Assembly: GCA_963708075.1 (NCBI GenBank)
Contig: OY970194.1
Span: 3,360,001-3,424,000 of the forward strand
Reading direction: 5' to 3'
From: Sedimentisphaerales bacterium
Lineage (GTDB): Bacteria; Planctomycetota; Phycisphaerae; Sedimentisphaerales; Anaerobacaceae
Length of the DNA: 64,000 nucleotides
Shown: positions 9,491 to 18,927 of the stretch, piece after piece
Numbering within the stretch: the first letter of the stretch is position 1
Layout of the letters: every line of letters starts with the position of its first letter
Made by a program: the position numbers and the translations under genes
Notes under the pieces: generated by a model
What the model was told of the DNA's origin: nothing
Seen by the model: the letters and a program-made list of their open reading frames with translations, nothing else
The model's database searches: none

Positions 9491-11464
9491 TCATTTTGAC
9501 GACTGCTTGGCCTCGTGCTCCAGATCAGCGTACTTCTTCGCCAACTCGGCGACGGCATCATCGCTCTTGTCCACGTACAGCTCAAGCCAGCAACCCTCAA
9601 CGCCTGCCTTGGCGACCCGTAACCCCGCCGCGAGACGGCCGCGGTGATCCCCGCCGGCAGAGTCGCCGGCAATCAAGGCCGCCATCAGCCGATCCGCCAG
9701 ACTGCCTTTCGTAGTCTCGTACGCCTTCGCCATGGCAAGGATGACCTCCTGGCCGGCGAGCGTATTTCCCTGGCAGGCGTAGTATCGTCCCGAGGCGGCG
9801 CCCCACCATGTGCCGGAAGCGTCGGCGTTTGCCGGGTTGCGGTTGGCGGCCCGGCCGGACATGTCGATGATGGCCAGTTGGCGTTTGTCACGCTGGGGAT
9901 CGTCGCGAAGCAACTCCGCCAGGACCTGCTCCGGCAACTCACCCTTGGCCAGAAGGTCCAGGGCGTGCTCGCCCCACGGGGGGTTGTGCCAGTGCTGCGT
10001 GCAGAACGCCCCGACGCCGGCACGGACATACGGAACGACCTTGCCCACAGCCGGGTACTTACTGGCCACAGCGGCGCCGCAAACGCCGGTGTTCGGATCG
10101 ACCGCCACAATCGAGAACGTGCCGGATACCTCGGCGGGTTTGTCCGCGACGTTCTGGCCGATCTGCACGTTGCCCTGGGACTGATTGTCTATCCGCTGCG
10201 TGCCGGTGAAGATGTTCTCGGCAATTATGGCCCGGCTCACATCCTTTCCCAACTGGATTTGAGGCCGGTCCTGCCGGAACTCGCATCCGCGAATGAGAAT
10301 CGTGCCGGACTGGGCCTGGATGGCTGGGCGATTGCCCTCCTTGCCGCCCCATTGAGTGAACGTGCAATCCGAGAATCCGACCGTTCCGGCACCGGCGATG
10401 CGGGCGATCTGGTTGCACGGGCCCCAATAGGCGCAGTTGACGAAGCGCACGCTGCCCTTGTTCGTCTGCGCGACATCGATCATCGTCGGGTCCGGCCCGT
10501 GGAAGGACACGAACTCGCCGTTGGTGATCAGCAGCCCGAACGGCGCGGAATCCTCCACGACCAGGGCCGTGTGGCAGTCATCAGCCCCAATGCCGAGGAA
10601 GTTGCCGTTGCATACGCCGCGATTGCTCTTCACGAACTTGTAGCCGATTTTGTAGCCGAAGCAGAATGTGTTGAACACGTACTGCCAGTCCGAGCGAGCG
10701 AAGATAAACGCCTCGCCGTTGTTCATTTGCCACTGGAACAGCTTGGGCCGATTGCTCCACCACGGATTGAAATGAACGTTTTCAATCCTCCCGATGTCGT
10801 AGATGTCATCCACGAGGATTCCCCGCCGCAGCGGCTGCCCCTGGACGTCGCGGATCAGGTGGCGCTCGTTATGCATGGCGTCGATGCCATTGTAGGGGTT
10901 GAGCATCTCGATGGCGAGCACGGCCGGATTCTTGCCCCGCATGGCGATGGCCCAGGGATACGGTTTGGGCTCCTCGTCTACATTCTGCTCCGGGTAGTAC
11001 AGGACGACCCCTTTGAGCGTGCTGTCCGTGTTCAGGGTGACAAAAGCCGGCCCATCCTCCGTGCCCGCGCCTTCCGTCACCAGGAACGTCGTGCCATCGT
11101 CGGTGGGCTTGGGCAGTCCCCGGTCGCGGATGCCGTTGTGGGCGGGTACGGATTGCCAGACGCCGGCCAGCGTGACAGCGTTAGGCACGTTCAAATGGCC
11201 TGCGAAGAAATAGTTGCCGCGAGGGGCATAGACGACCCCGCCACCGGCTTTCCTGGCAGCATCCAGCGCCTTTTGAAATGCCGCGGTATCATCCGTCTTT
11301 CCATCCCCGGCAGCGCCGAACCGCCGCACATCGTACTGGTCCGAGACAGGCGTTTGTGCGGCATCCTCCGCACAGACTCGCGTTACCCACAACGACAGGC
11401 CGAGGACAACAACCGCAGCCCCACTCAGGACCCACATCCAAGATTTGTCACGCATTCGATTCAC
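9491..11464 (-). CDS. Secreted fusion: pectate-lyase-superfamily beta-helix domain plus C-terminal DUF1028 (Ntn-hydrolase-like) domain
   Basis: N-terminal 'DVRRFGAAGDGKTDDTAAFQKALD...VYAPRGNY'. C-terminal 'TFSIVAVDPNTG...GAAVAS...VPYVRAGVGA...QGNTL...AGGDHRG'. Confidence 0.75.
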   Translation of the reverse strand: MNRMRDKSWMWVLSGAAVVVLGLSLWVTRVCAEDAAQTPVSDQYDVRRFGAAGDGKTDDTAAFQKALDAARKAGGGVVYAPRGNYFFAGHLNVPNAVTLAGVWQSVPAHNGIRDRGLPKPTDDGTTFLVTEGAGTEDGPAFVTLNTDSTLKGVVLYYPEQNVDEEPKPYPWAIAMRGKNPAVLAIEMLNPYNGIDAMHNERHLIRDVQGQPLRRGILVDDIYDIGRIENVHFNPWWSNRPKLFQWQMNNGEAFIFARSDWQYVFNTFCFGYKIGYKFVKSNRGVCNGNFLGIGADDCHTALVVEDSAPFGLLITNGEFVSFHGPDPTMIDVAQTNKGSVRFVNCAYWGPCNQIARIAGAGTVGFSDCTFTQWGGKEGNRPAIQAQSGTILIRGCEFRQDRPQIQLGKDVSRAIIAENIFTGTQRIDNQSQGNVQIGQNVADKPAEVSGTFSIVAVDPNTGVCGAAVASKYPAVGKVVPYVRAGVGAFCTQHWHNPPWGEHALDLLAKGELPEQVLAELLRDDPQRDKRQLAIIDMSGRAANRNPANADASGTWWGAASGRYYACQGNTLAGQEVILAMAKAYETTKGSLADRLMAALIAGDSAGGDHRGRLAAGLRVAKAGVEGCWLELYVDKSDDAVAELAKKYADLEHEAKQSSK

Positions 11465-11609
11465 TCCTTACAGTCAAAACTCTTGGCGGCCTATGGTACC
11501 AGATCGACGATCCGTTTTCATCTATCTACCTCGTTTTCAGGCGGGTACAATCTCGACAGCCGCCCAGTGACGTTGCGGGTGTGCACAAACGAAAAAGGAG
11601 GTCACGACA

Positions 11610-14600
11610 ATGGCTCACAGTCGCACGATCCTTTGTGTGTTGAGCATGGTCCTTTTGAGTTCAGCCACAACCATCGGGCAACCGAAGTTCGATTCCGCCC
11701 AGCCCGTCTGGCCGGCGGGCCGGGAGACGGAGATGAATCTCTTCGTGGGGTTCCGGGCCGTCTTTGAGTGCCCGAAGGAGCAGAATGCGGTCCTTCGCGT
11801 CGCGGCTTCGTCGCTCTACCGCGTCTACCTCAACGGTCGCTTTGTAGGTCACGGTCCCGCACGCGGGCCTCACGGCTTCTTCCGCGTCGATGAATGGCCC
11901 CTCCAGACAGGCGAGCGAAACACGCTGGCTATCGAGATCGTCGGCTACAACGTCAACAGCTACTACCTGCTGGACCAGCCTGCCTTCCTGCAGGCGGAGG
12001 TGGTGTCCAACGGGACGGTCCTGGTTTCCACAGCGGGCAAGGGTGTCAATTTCGATGCGACAATCCTGAAGCACCGCGTGCAGAAAGTGCAGCGATACAG
12101 CTTTCAGCGTCCCTTCATCGAATACTATCGGATGAGCGAGGGTGACGATCGCTGGTGGGATAAACCGTTGGAGGAGTCCGCCAAGGTATCCTGCTCCACG
12201 CTGCCGCCCCGACAGCTACTCGTCCGACGCGTTGCGTACCCTCACTTCGACCGACGCCGGCCCACCGGCCTTGGCTTCCCACGCCGACTCCAGCAGGACG
12301 TGGCCGTGGCCAAACCGTGGAAGGATCGGTCCCTCGTCAATATCGGCCCGCAGTTGAAAGGCTACCGAGAGAGCGAGCTCGAAGTCATCCCCTCCATTGA
12401 GCTGCAGAAGATTCGCTCCAGCCCCGCGAAGCTCGTGGGCGACGTACCTCCCAGGAACATCGTCCTTACCGAGAACGCATTTTGCATCGTCGATCTGGGA
12501 ACGAATCTCACCGGGTTCATCGAGGCCAGCGTTCGGTGCACCAAGCCGACGAAGCTCTACCTTACGTTCGACGAGATCCTCACCGACGGCGATGTCGATT
12601 TCAAGCGGCTTGGGTGTGTCAACGCCGTCGGCTATGAGCTGCAGCCCGGCACGTATCACCTGGAGTCGTTCGAACCTTACACGCTGCGATATCTCGAGGT
12701 GAATGTGCTACAGGGCGATTGCGAAGTGATCGATCTCCATCTGCGGGAATACGCGAATGATGAGAACCGCAACGGCGACATTCCTCTGTAGCGACCCAGC
12801 ACTGAACCGGATCTTCGAGGCTGCGAGGCAGACATTCCGGCAAAATGCCGTCGATATCTTCATGGATTGTCCCTCGCGCGAGCGGGCGGGCTGGCTGTGT
12901 GACAGTTTCTTCACCTCCCGCGTGGCGTTCGACCTCTGCGGCAACACGACCATTGAGAAGAACTTCTTCGAGAACTACCTCCTGCCGCCGAGCTTCGCCC
13001 ACCTGCCGGAAGGGATGCTGCCCATGTGCTACCCGGCCGATCACAATGACGGCGTGTACATCCCGAACTGGGCCCTGTGGTTCGTGATCGAGCTGGAGGA
13101 GTACTTGGCCCGCAGCGGTGATCGCGAGATGGTCGCGGCCCTGAGGCCCCGGCTTGAAGCCCTCTACCGGTACTTCCAGAAGTACAAGAACGGGGACGGG
13201 CTGCTGGAGAAACTCGATAGCTGGGTCTTCATCGAGTGGTCGAAGGCGAATGATTTCGTGCGGGACGTAAGCTATCCGACAAATATGTTGTATGCGGCCG
13301 CGTTAGCCGCGGCGGGAAGAATGTACGGCGAATCAAGCCTGATCGACGAAGCGGAGCAGGTACGCGCAACGATCCGCAAACAGTCATTTGACGGCGAGTT
13401 CTTTGTCGATAACGCCGTGAGAAAAGACGGCAAGCTGCAGGTCACGCGCAACCGCTCCGAGGTCTGTCAGTATTTCGCCTTCTTCTTCGATGTCGCCACG
13501 CCACAAACGCACAAGGAACTCTGGGAGAAGCTGGTTCATCAATTTGGCCCGGACCGCAAGAAGACCAATGCGTTTCCCGAGGTCCATCCTGCCAACGCTT
13601 TCGTCGGCAATTACCTGAGACTGGAGCTGCTCAGCCGCTACGGCTATCCGACCCAGATCAAAAAGGAGCTTGCCGATTACTACCTCTACATGGCCGACCA
13701 GACCGGCACACTCTGGGAGAACATCGGGGCTTATGCGAGTTGCGATCACGGCTTTGCCTCCCATGTGGCCCACAGCTTCTATCGTGACATTCTCGGCGTG
13801 CGACAGGTAGATACGCAGAACAAAGTCGTCCACCTGAAGATCACCGACGTGGGCTTGGACTGGGCTGGAGGGGCGATCGTAACCCCCGACGGCCTCGTCG
13901 ACGTTAAGTGGCAGAAGGAGAACGGCAAGATCACGCGCCAGGTGAATGTGCCGACAGGATACACGGTTCTCGACGACAGTCGTGCAATGAGATACACATC
14001 CCGCCCGGCCGAACAGGCCAAAGCATGGCAAAGTGATGTCCGGGCGAAGCTCTCGGCATTGCTCAAGATCGATGATCTTCGCCAGAACAAGAACAATGTC
14101 CCACTGACGCCGAAGAAACTCTCTTCCGTCAACAAGGACAGCTACACCGTGGAGGAAATCGAAATCAACTCGACGACCAACCGGCGCATTCGAATCATCG
14201 TCACATTGCCCACGAAACAGGATAAGCCCGTTCCTGCCGTCGTTTGCATCGGCGGGCACGGCAGCGACCTGTACAGCCCGTATGACGAGCAGACCGTCTC
14301 CAAAGACGCCGCGAAAGCTCAGGCAGAACGCATCTATCGGGGGTTCGGCACTGCTCTGGCGAACAAGGGTTATGTGACGATCTCCACGACGGTCAGCCAG
14401 CACGAGGTCTATGAGAAAGACCGACTGCTCATGGGCGAGCGGCTATGGGACCTCATGCGGTGCGTCGATTACCTGGAGTCGCTGGCGTGCGTCGATCGTT
14501 CACGAATCGGCTGTGCCGGGCTGTCCCTGGGCGGCGAAATGGCCATGTGGCTGGGCGCCATGGACGAGCGGATCGTCGCCACCGTCAGCGCGGGATTCCT

Positions 14601-15786
14601 CACGACCATGGACCACATGGAGCAGAACCACTGCATGTGCTGGAAATTCGACGGGCTGCGTGAGCTGGTGGATTACGCCGACGTCTATTCGCTGACCGCA
14701 CCCCGGCCCCTGCAATGCCAAAACGGCCTGAAGGAGCCTGTCAGCCAGTTCTACGTCCCGCTGGCCCGCGAGGCGATGGAGGAGGTCGGAATGATCTACA
14801 AGGACATGGGAAAGCCCGAGAACGTCGTTCTCGATGTGCACGAGGAGGGGCACGTGATCAACCTGCCGGCACTAACGTCCTTCTTCTCGCAACACCTTGA
14901 GGCCGCGAAGAAGAAGATCGTCTTCCTGCCCGGGCGGCAAAGCCACGGCTGGAGCGGCCACGCCTACACCGCCGACTGCAAACTGCTCGCTCAGATCCTC
15001 AACGAGAATGTGCCGGCCGTCGAAGCTGTGGTGCTCGAGGGCGGCTGGCCCAGGGATCTCATAGGGGCGGGTTTCAAACCCGCCCGTACAGACGGTGTCG
15101 CTGCCATCGTGATCGCCTGCGACGGCAATGGCCTGCTCGGCCCCGAATCCAACTGGCAGGCCCTTGACGATCTCGCGAAAGAGGGCGTGGGAATCGCCTT
15201 TCTGCATTATGCCCTGGACCCCGGCAAAGAGTACGGCAAGTACCTGCTCGACTGGATCGGCGGTTACTACGAGCAGTTCTGGTCGATCAATCCTTCATGG
15301 CTTGCCGAGTTCGAGTCGCTGCCCCAGCACCCGATCACGCGAGGCGTCCAGCCGTTCAAGGTCGAGGATGAGTGGTACTATCACATGCGTTTCCGGGACA
15401 ACATGAAGGGCGTGACGCCGATCCTGACGGCCGTACCGCCCGACGACACGCGCAAGGGCCCGGACGGTCCCCACAGCGGCAATCCCACGGTCCGCGCCCG
15501 CCTGGGCATGGGCGAGCACGTCGCCTGGGCGTACGAGCGCCCCGACAGCAGCCGGGGCTTCGGCTGCACCGGCGGCCACACCCACTGGGTGTACGCGAAC
15601 AACAATTTCCGCAAGCTGATGCTCAACGCTATGTGCTGGATTGCCAAGGTCGAGGTCCCTTCTGAGGGCGTTCCCACCAGGACGCCCACCGTCGAGCAGA
15701 TGGAGGCCGATCTCGAAGGCGACCGCCCGCAGGACTGGACCCCCGAGCGGACTCGGCAAATCATTGAGGAATTGAATCGGAAATAG
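11610..15786 (+). CDS. Multi-domain secreted enzyme: GH78/alpha-L-rhamnosidase-like, alpha/beta hydrolase and ThuA-like domains; +1 frameshift at 12762-12768
   Basis: 'YRVYLNGRFVGHGPARG', 'VDLGTNLTG', 'MDCPSRERAGW', 'TGTLWE', then 'GLSLGG' nucleophile elbow, then ThuA-like 'HPITRGV...DEWYYH...GGHTHW'. ORFs 11610-12791 and 12757-15786 join on removing one A. Confidence 0.7.
15061..15090 (+). repeat. REP-like palindrome inserted in-frame in a coding sequence
   Basis: ATAGGGGCGGGTTTCAAACCCGCCCGTACA, with a perfect 10-bp inverted repeat at 15065-15074/15076-15085. It encodes IGAGFKPART. Confidence 0.7.
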
Positions 15787-15875
15787 ATGCGGACCAGGAT
15801 GTATAATGAAGGCATATCGCTGCAGAACATGCGGCGATAAAGTCGCGCGTCTCAGTTGGAGACTGTGAGCTATCC

Positions 15876-17159
15876 ATGTGGAAGGCGCTGCACAACTTCA
15901 TTCGCAACCAGAATGGGCCTGACGACTCGCTGATCGAGTTTGAAGACGGCCTGCTGCTCATCGTGGACGCCGAGCAGCTCACGAACAACCTGCGCAGCAA
16001 GCTGCGGCGGTCCATCGGGGCACAAGACGCTATCGTCTACCTGGCCGATATCGGCGAGACATCCAGGGGATTCATTCCGGTTGATTCTGCAGAGACGCAG
16101 AATCCTGCGTCTCCACAACCATGCACGCCGCTGCCGGATATCCCGGCAAACAGCAAAATGGCGGACTGGTTCCGGGCGAATCGCGAAATCCTGCCGCTCG
16201 ATAACAACAATGCGGTAACGGAGTACCTTCGTGACGAGCTCGACCCGTTCGTCAGTCGCGGCATGGAGCTGGTCCTGCCGTTGATCTCCATGGAGCGGCT
16301 GATCGGCCTGGTCTTTTTGTCCCTCGGACAGGCGGCCCTGAGCAAGACACAACTGATGAACCTGCAGTTGCTGAGCAAGCAGGCGGGCCTGGCGTTCGAG
16401 AACGCCCTGCTCTTCAAGGAGCGGCTGCGGCAGAACGAGCGAATGTATCGTGCGGAGCAACTGGCTACGATGGGCCAATTCGCTGCGGGCATCGCGCACG
16501 AGTTGCGTAACCCATTGACCGCGATCCGCAGCACGATCCAGTTCCTCGCCAGCGAGTTCGCGGATGGGTCCGAGCAGCAGAAGCTCTCCGAGATCACGCT
16601 GGAGGAGGTGGATCGGGTGAACGGCATTGTGGGGAATCTCCTGTCGCTGGCACAGCCGGCGGAGAGCAAACCCGTGCCGCTCGATCCGGCCAGGGAGATC
16701 GAGAAGTGCGTCGCTTTCGTCGAAGCGAGGGCCCGAAGTCAGAACGTCGAGCTTCACGTGGCCTGCGAGGACCCCCTGCCCACAATAGCCATCGATCCGG
16801 TGGAGCTGCGGCAAGTGCTGCTGAACATCCTCGTGAACGGCCTGCAGGCGATGCCCGAGGGAGGAACGCTGCGGATCCGAGTGCATCGTTCCCCCGCCGG
16901 AGTCCGGGGCCCGGAGTCCGGAGGCGTCCACAGGGTCCCGGGTGATGGGATATGGATCGAGATTGCGGACCAGGGGCCGGGGATCCCCCGCGAGCTGCGG
17001 GACAAAGCTTTCGAGCCGTTCTTCACCACCAAGGCCGGAGGTACGGGCCTGGGACTGGCCATCTGCAGGAGCATCGTGCGACGCTACGACGGCGAGATAT
17101 GGATTGAAGAGGCCGACGGGGGCGGAACCTGCGTGAAAGTCGCTCTCAGCGCGGAATGA
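15876..17159 (+). CDS. Sensor histidine kinase (GAF-like + HisKA + HATPase), no evident transmembrane segment
   Basis: H-box 'AAGIAHELRNPL', N-box 'QVLLNILVNG', 'DQGPGI', 'FEPFFTTK', 'GTGLGL'. Confidence 0.9.
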   Translation: MWKALHNFIRNQNGPDDSLIEFEDGLLLIVDAEQLTNNLRSKLRRSIGAQDAIVYLADIGETSRGFIPVDSAETQNPASPQPCTPLPDIPANSKMADWFRANREILPLDNNNAVTEYLRDELDPFVSRGMELVLPLISMERLIGLVFLSLGQAALSKTQLMNLQLLSKQAGLAFENALLFKERLRQNERMYRAEQLATMGQFAAGIAHELRNPLTAIRSTIQFLASEFADGSEQQKLSEITLEEVDRVNGIVGNLLSLAQPAESKPVPLDPAREIEKCVAFVEARARSQNVELHVACEDPLPTIAIDPVELRQVLLNILVNGLQAMPEGGTLRIRVHRSPAGVRGPESGGVHRVPGDGIWIEIADQGPGIPRELRDKAFEPFFTTKAGGTGLGLAICRSIVRRYDGEIWIEEADGGGTCVKVALSAE

Positions 17160-17182
17160 GCTTTTCCCGAGGGACGTGCAGC

Positions 17183-18565
17183 ATGAGAAAATCGAGAGTC
17201 CTCATTGTTGATGACGAAGCCAGCATCCGATCCATTCTCTCAGTACTGCTGACAAAGCACGGCTACGAGATCCAGGTCTGCCCATCGGGAGAATCGTGCC
17301 TGGAAATCTATCCGAGGTTCCTGCCGGAGGCGGTGCTGCTCGATTTGCGGATGCCCGGCATCGACGGGCTGAAGGTCATGGAGGAGCTGGCCGGGCAATT
17401 TGGCGCGGACTGCAAGACCATCATCATGACCGCGCATGGGGAGGTCCGCTCCGCCGTCGAGGCCATGAAACGAGGGGCGTTCGACTACCTGGAAAAGCCG
17501 TTCGACAACGACGAGCTGCTGGCGCTCATCGCACGGGCGGTGGAGATGGTGACCTTGTCGCGACGCGTCAGGCAACTGGAGAACCAGCTCGAGGAAACCT
17601 ACGCATTCGACAACATCATCGGTACCTCGGACCGGATGAAGTCCACGTTCGCGCTGATGCGCCGATTCGCCGCCACGGACGGCACGGTCCTGGTGTGCGG
17701 CGAGAGCGGGACCGGCAAGGAGCTGATCGTGCGAGCCATTCACCAGGCGGGCCGGCGCAAATCCGGGCCGTTCATCGTGGTCAACTGCGGCGCCATCCCC
17801 TCCAGTCTGATCGAGAGTGAGTTCTTCGGCCACGAGGCGGGGTCATTCACAGGCGCCACGAAGCTGCGCAGGGGCAAGTTCGAGGAGGCCGACGGCGGCA
17901 CACTGTTTCTCGATGAGGTCGGCGAGCTGACCCTCGACGCCCAGGTCAAGCTGTTGCGGGTGATCGAGGCAGGGACTTTCTGTCGGATTGGCGGCAACGA
18001 GCCGATCCAGGTGGACGTTCGTGTGATGGCCGCGACGAACCGCGACTTGGCGGCGGCAGTCAAGGAAGGAAGATTCCGGGAGGACCTCTTCTGGCGTCTG
18101 CAGGTCCTCAGTCTCACGGTCTGCCCGCTGCGTGAGCGTCGCGAGGACATTCCACTGCTTGTGGACCACTTCGTAGGCAAGTTCGCCGGCTCGTTCGCCG
18201 TACAGCCGCCCGGGGTCCCGTCACAGACGATGGGTCTGCTGACCCGCTACGAGTGGCCCGGGAATGTTCGCGAGCTTCAGAACTGCATCTACAGCGCAAT
18301 GACGGTATCCGAGGGGTCGAGCATCGAGCCGAACGCTCTGCCGGAGCGGATCCACAAAGGCACGGCAGGAGCCGCCCCTGGGCAAGCCCCATCCGGAGAC
18401 ACCTGCCTGGCGCAAGTCGTCACTCATGCCACCGAGAAGGCGGAGAAAGAAGCCATTCAAGAGGCGATTGCCAAGACGGGCGGCAACCGGGAGAAGGCCG
18501 CCGAGTCTCTCGGCATCGGCCGCACGACCCTGTACCGCAAGCTCAAGCAGTATGGCATCGAGTAG
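17183..18565 (+). CDS. Sigma54-dependent response regulator (NtrC/AtoC family)
   Basis: Receiver 'LIVDDE...LLDLRMPG', Walker A 'GESGTGKE', 'GSFTGA' loop, 'LFLDEV', 'WPGNVREL', Fis-type HTH 'LGIGRTTLYRKL'. Confidence 0.92.
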   Translation: MRKSRVLIVDDEASIRSILSVLLTKHGYEIQVCPSGESCLEIYPRFLPEAVLLDLRMPGIDGLKVMEELAGQFGADCKTIIMTAHGEVRSAVEAMKRGAFDYLEKPFDNDELLALIARAVEMVTLSRRVRQLENQLEETYAFDNIIGTSDRMKSTFALMRRFAATDGTVLVCGESGTGKELIVRAIHQAGRRKSGPFIVVNCGAIPSSLIESEFFGHEAGSFTGATKLRRGKFEEADGGTLFLDEVGELTLDAQVKLLRVIEAGTFCRIGGNEPIQVDVRVMAATNRDLAAAVKEGRFREDLFWRLQVLSLTVCPLRERREDIPLLVDHFVGKFAGSFAVQPPGVPSQTMGLLTRYEWPGNVRELQNCIYSAMTVSEGSSIEPNALPERIHKGTAGAAPGQAPSGDTCLAQVVTHATEKAEKEAIQEAIAKTGGNREKAAESLGIGRTTLYRKLKQYGIE

Positions 18566-18630
18566 TGCCAGGGTACCCGTGGGAGGTTCGCACCATCTAA
18601 CACATGTAGCATCGGCGAGCTTCGCCTTCT

Positions 18631-18650
18631 TCCGCTTGTCGCTGCCACCC
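18631..18650 (-). repeat. Partial copy of the GGGTGGCAGCG palindromic repeat family
   Basis: Reverse complement GGGTGGCAGCGACAAGCGGA matches the heads of copies at 47470, 47560, 53502 and 59503. Confidence 0.55.
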
Positions 18651-18731
18651 CCATCGCTCTTCATCTGGAAAGGCCAAGGCGAGGCTGCCAGAGGGCTGCC
18701 ATTTTATTTGCGCAGAGACATGCGAAACCGC

Positions 18732-18769
18732 CGTTTCATTCGTGGTACATGTGTGCCGGTTGCGGCACA
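18732..18769. promoter_or_regulatory. Putative tandem upstream activator sequences for the enhancer-binding protein
   Basis: Perfect palindrome TGTGCCG-N4-CGGCACA at 18752-18769, with an adjacent degenerate CGTTTCA-N4-TGGTACA at 18732-18749, about 100 bp upstream of a sigma54 promoter. Confidence 0.6.
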
Positions 18770-18864
18770 GAAGAGAACGGCCGGAACAGACACCTGCTTG
18801 ACGGTACGCATCATAACTTCTTTCGAGAGATGGTTTTAGGAGATTTGTGGCACAGAGGTCCAGT

Positions 18865-18881
18865 CTGGCACTCGCTTTGCT
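18865..18881 (+). promoter_or_regulatory. Sigma54 (-24/-12) promoter
   Basis: CTGGCACTCGCTTTGCT, with GG at 18867-68 and GC at 18879-80 in canonical spacing. It lies just upstream of the TolC operon and downstream of a sigma54 activator gene. Confidence 0.85.
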
Positions 18882-18927
18882 CATCAGGGGCAACGAGATA
18901 CAGTGATTCAGTTTTCGAGCGGCCAGT

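Noticed and set aside
9644..11767. 707-aa plus-strand ORF (similarly 26155-27990, 40654-42270, 59506-61329, 34381-35736)
   Set aside because: These are antisense shadows of well-supported genes in high-GC DNA, with no recognisable motifs.
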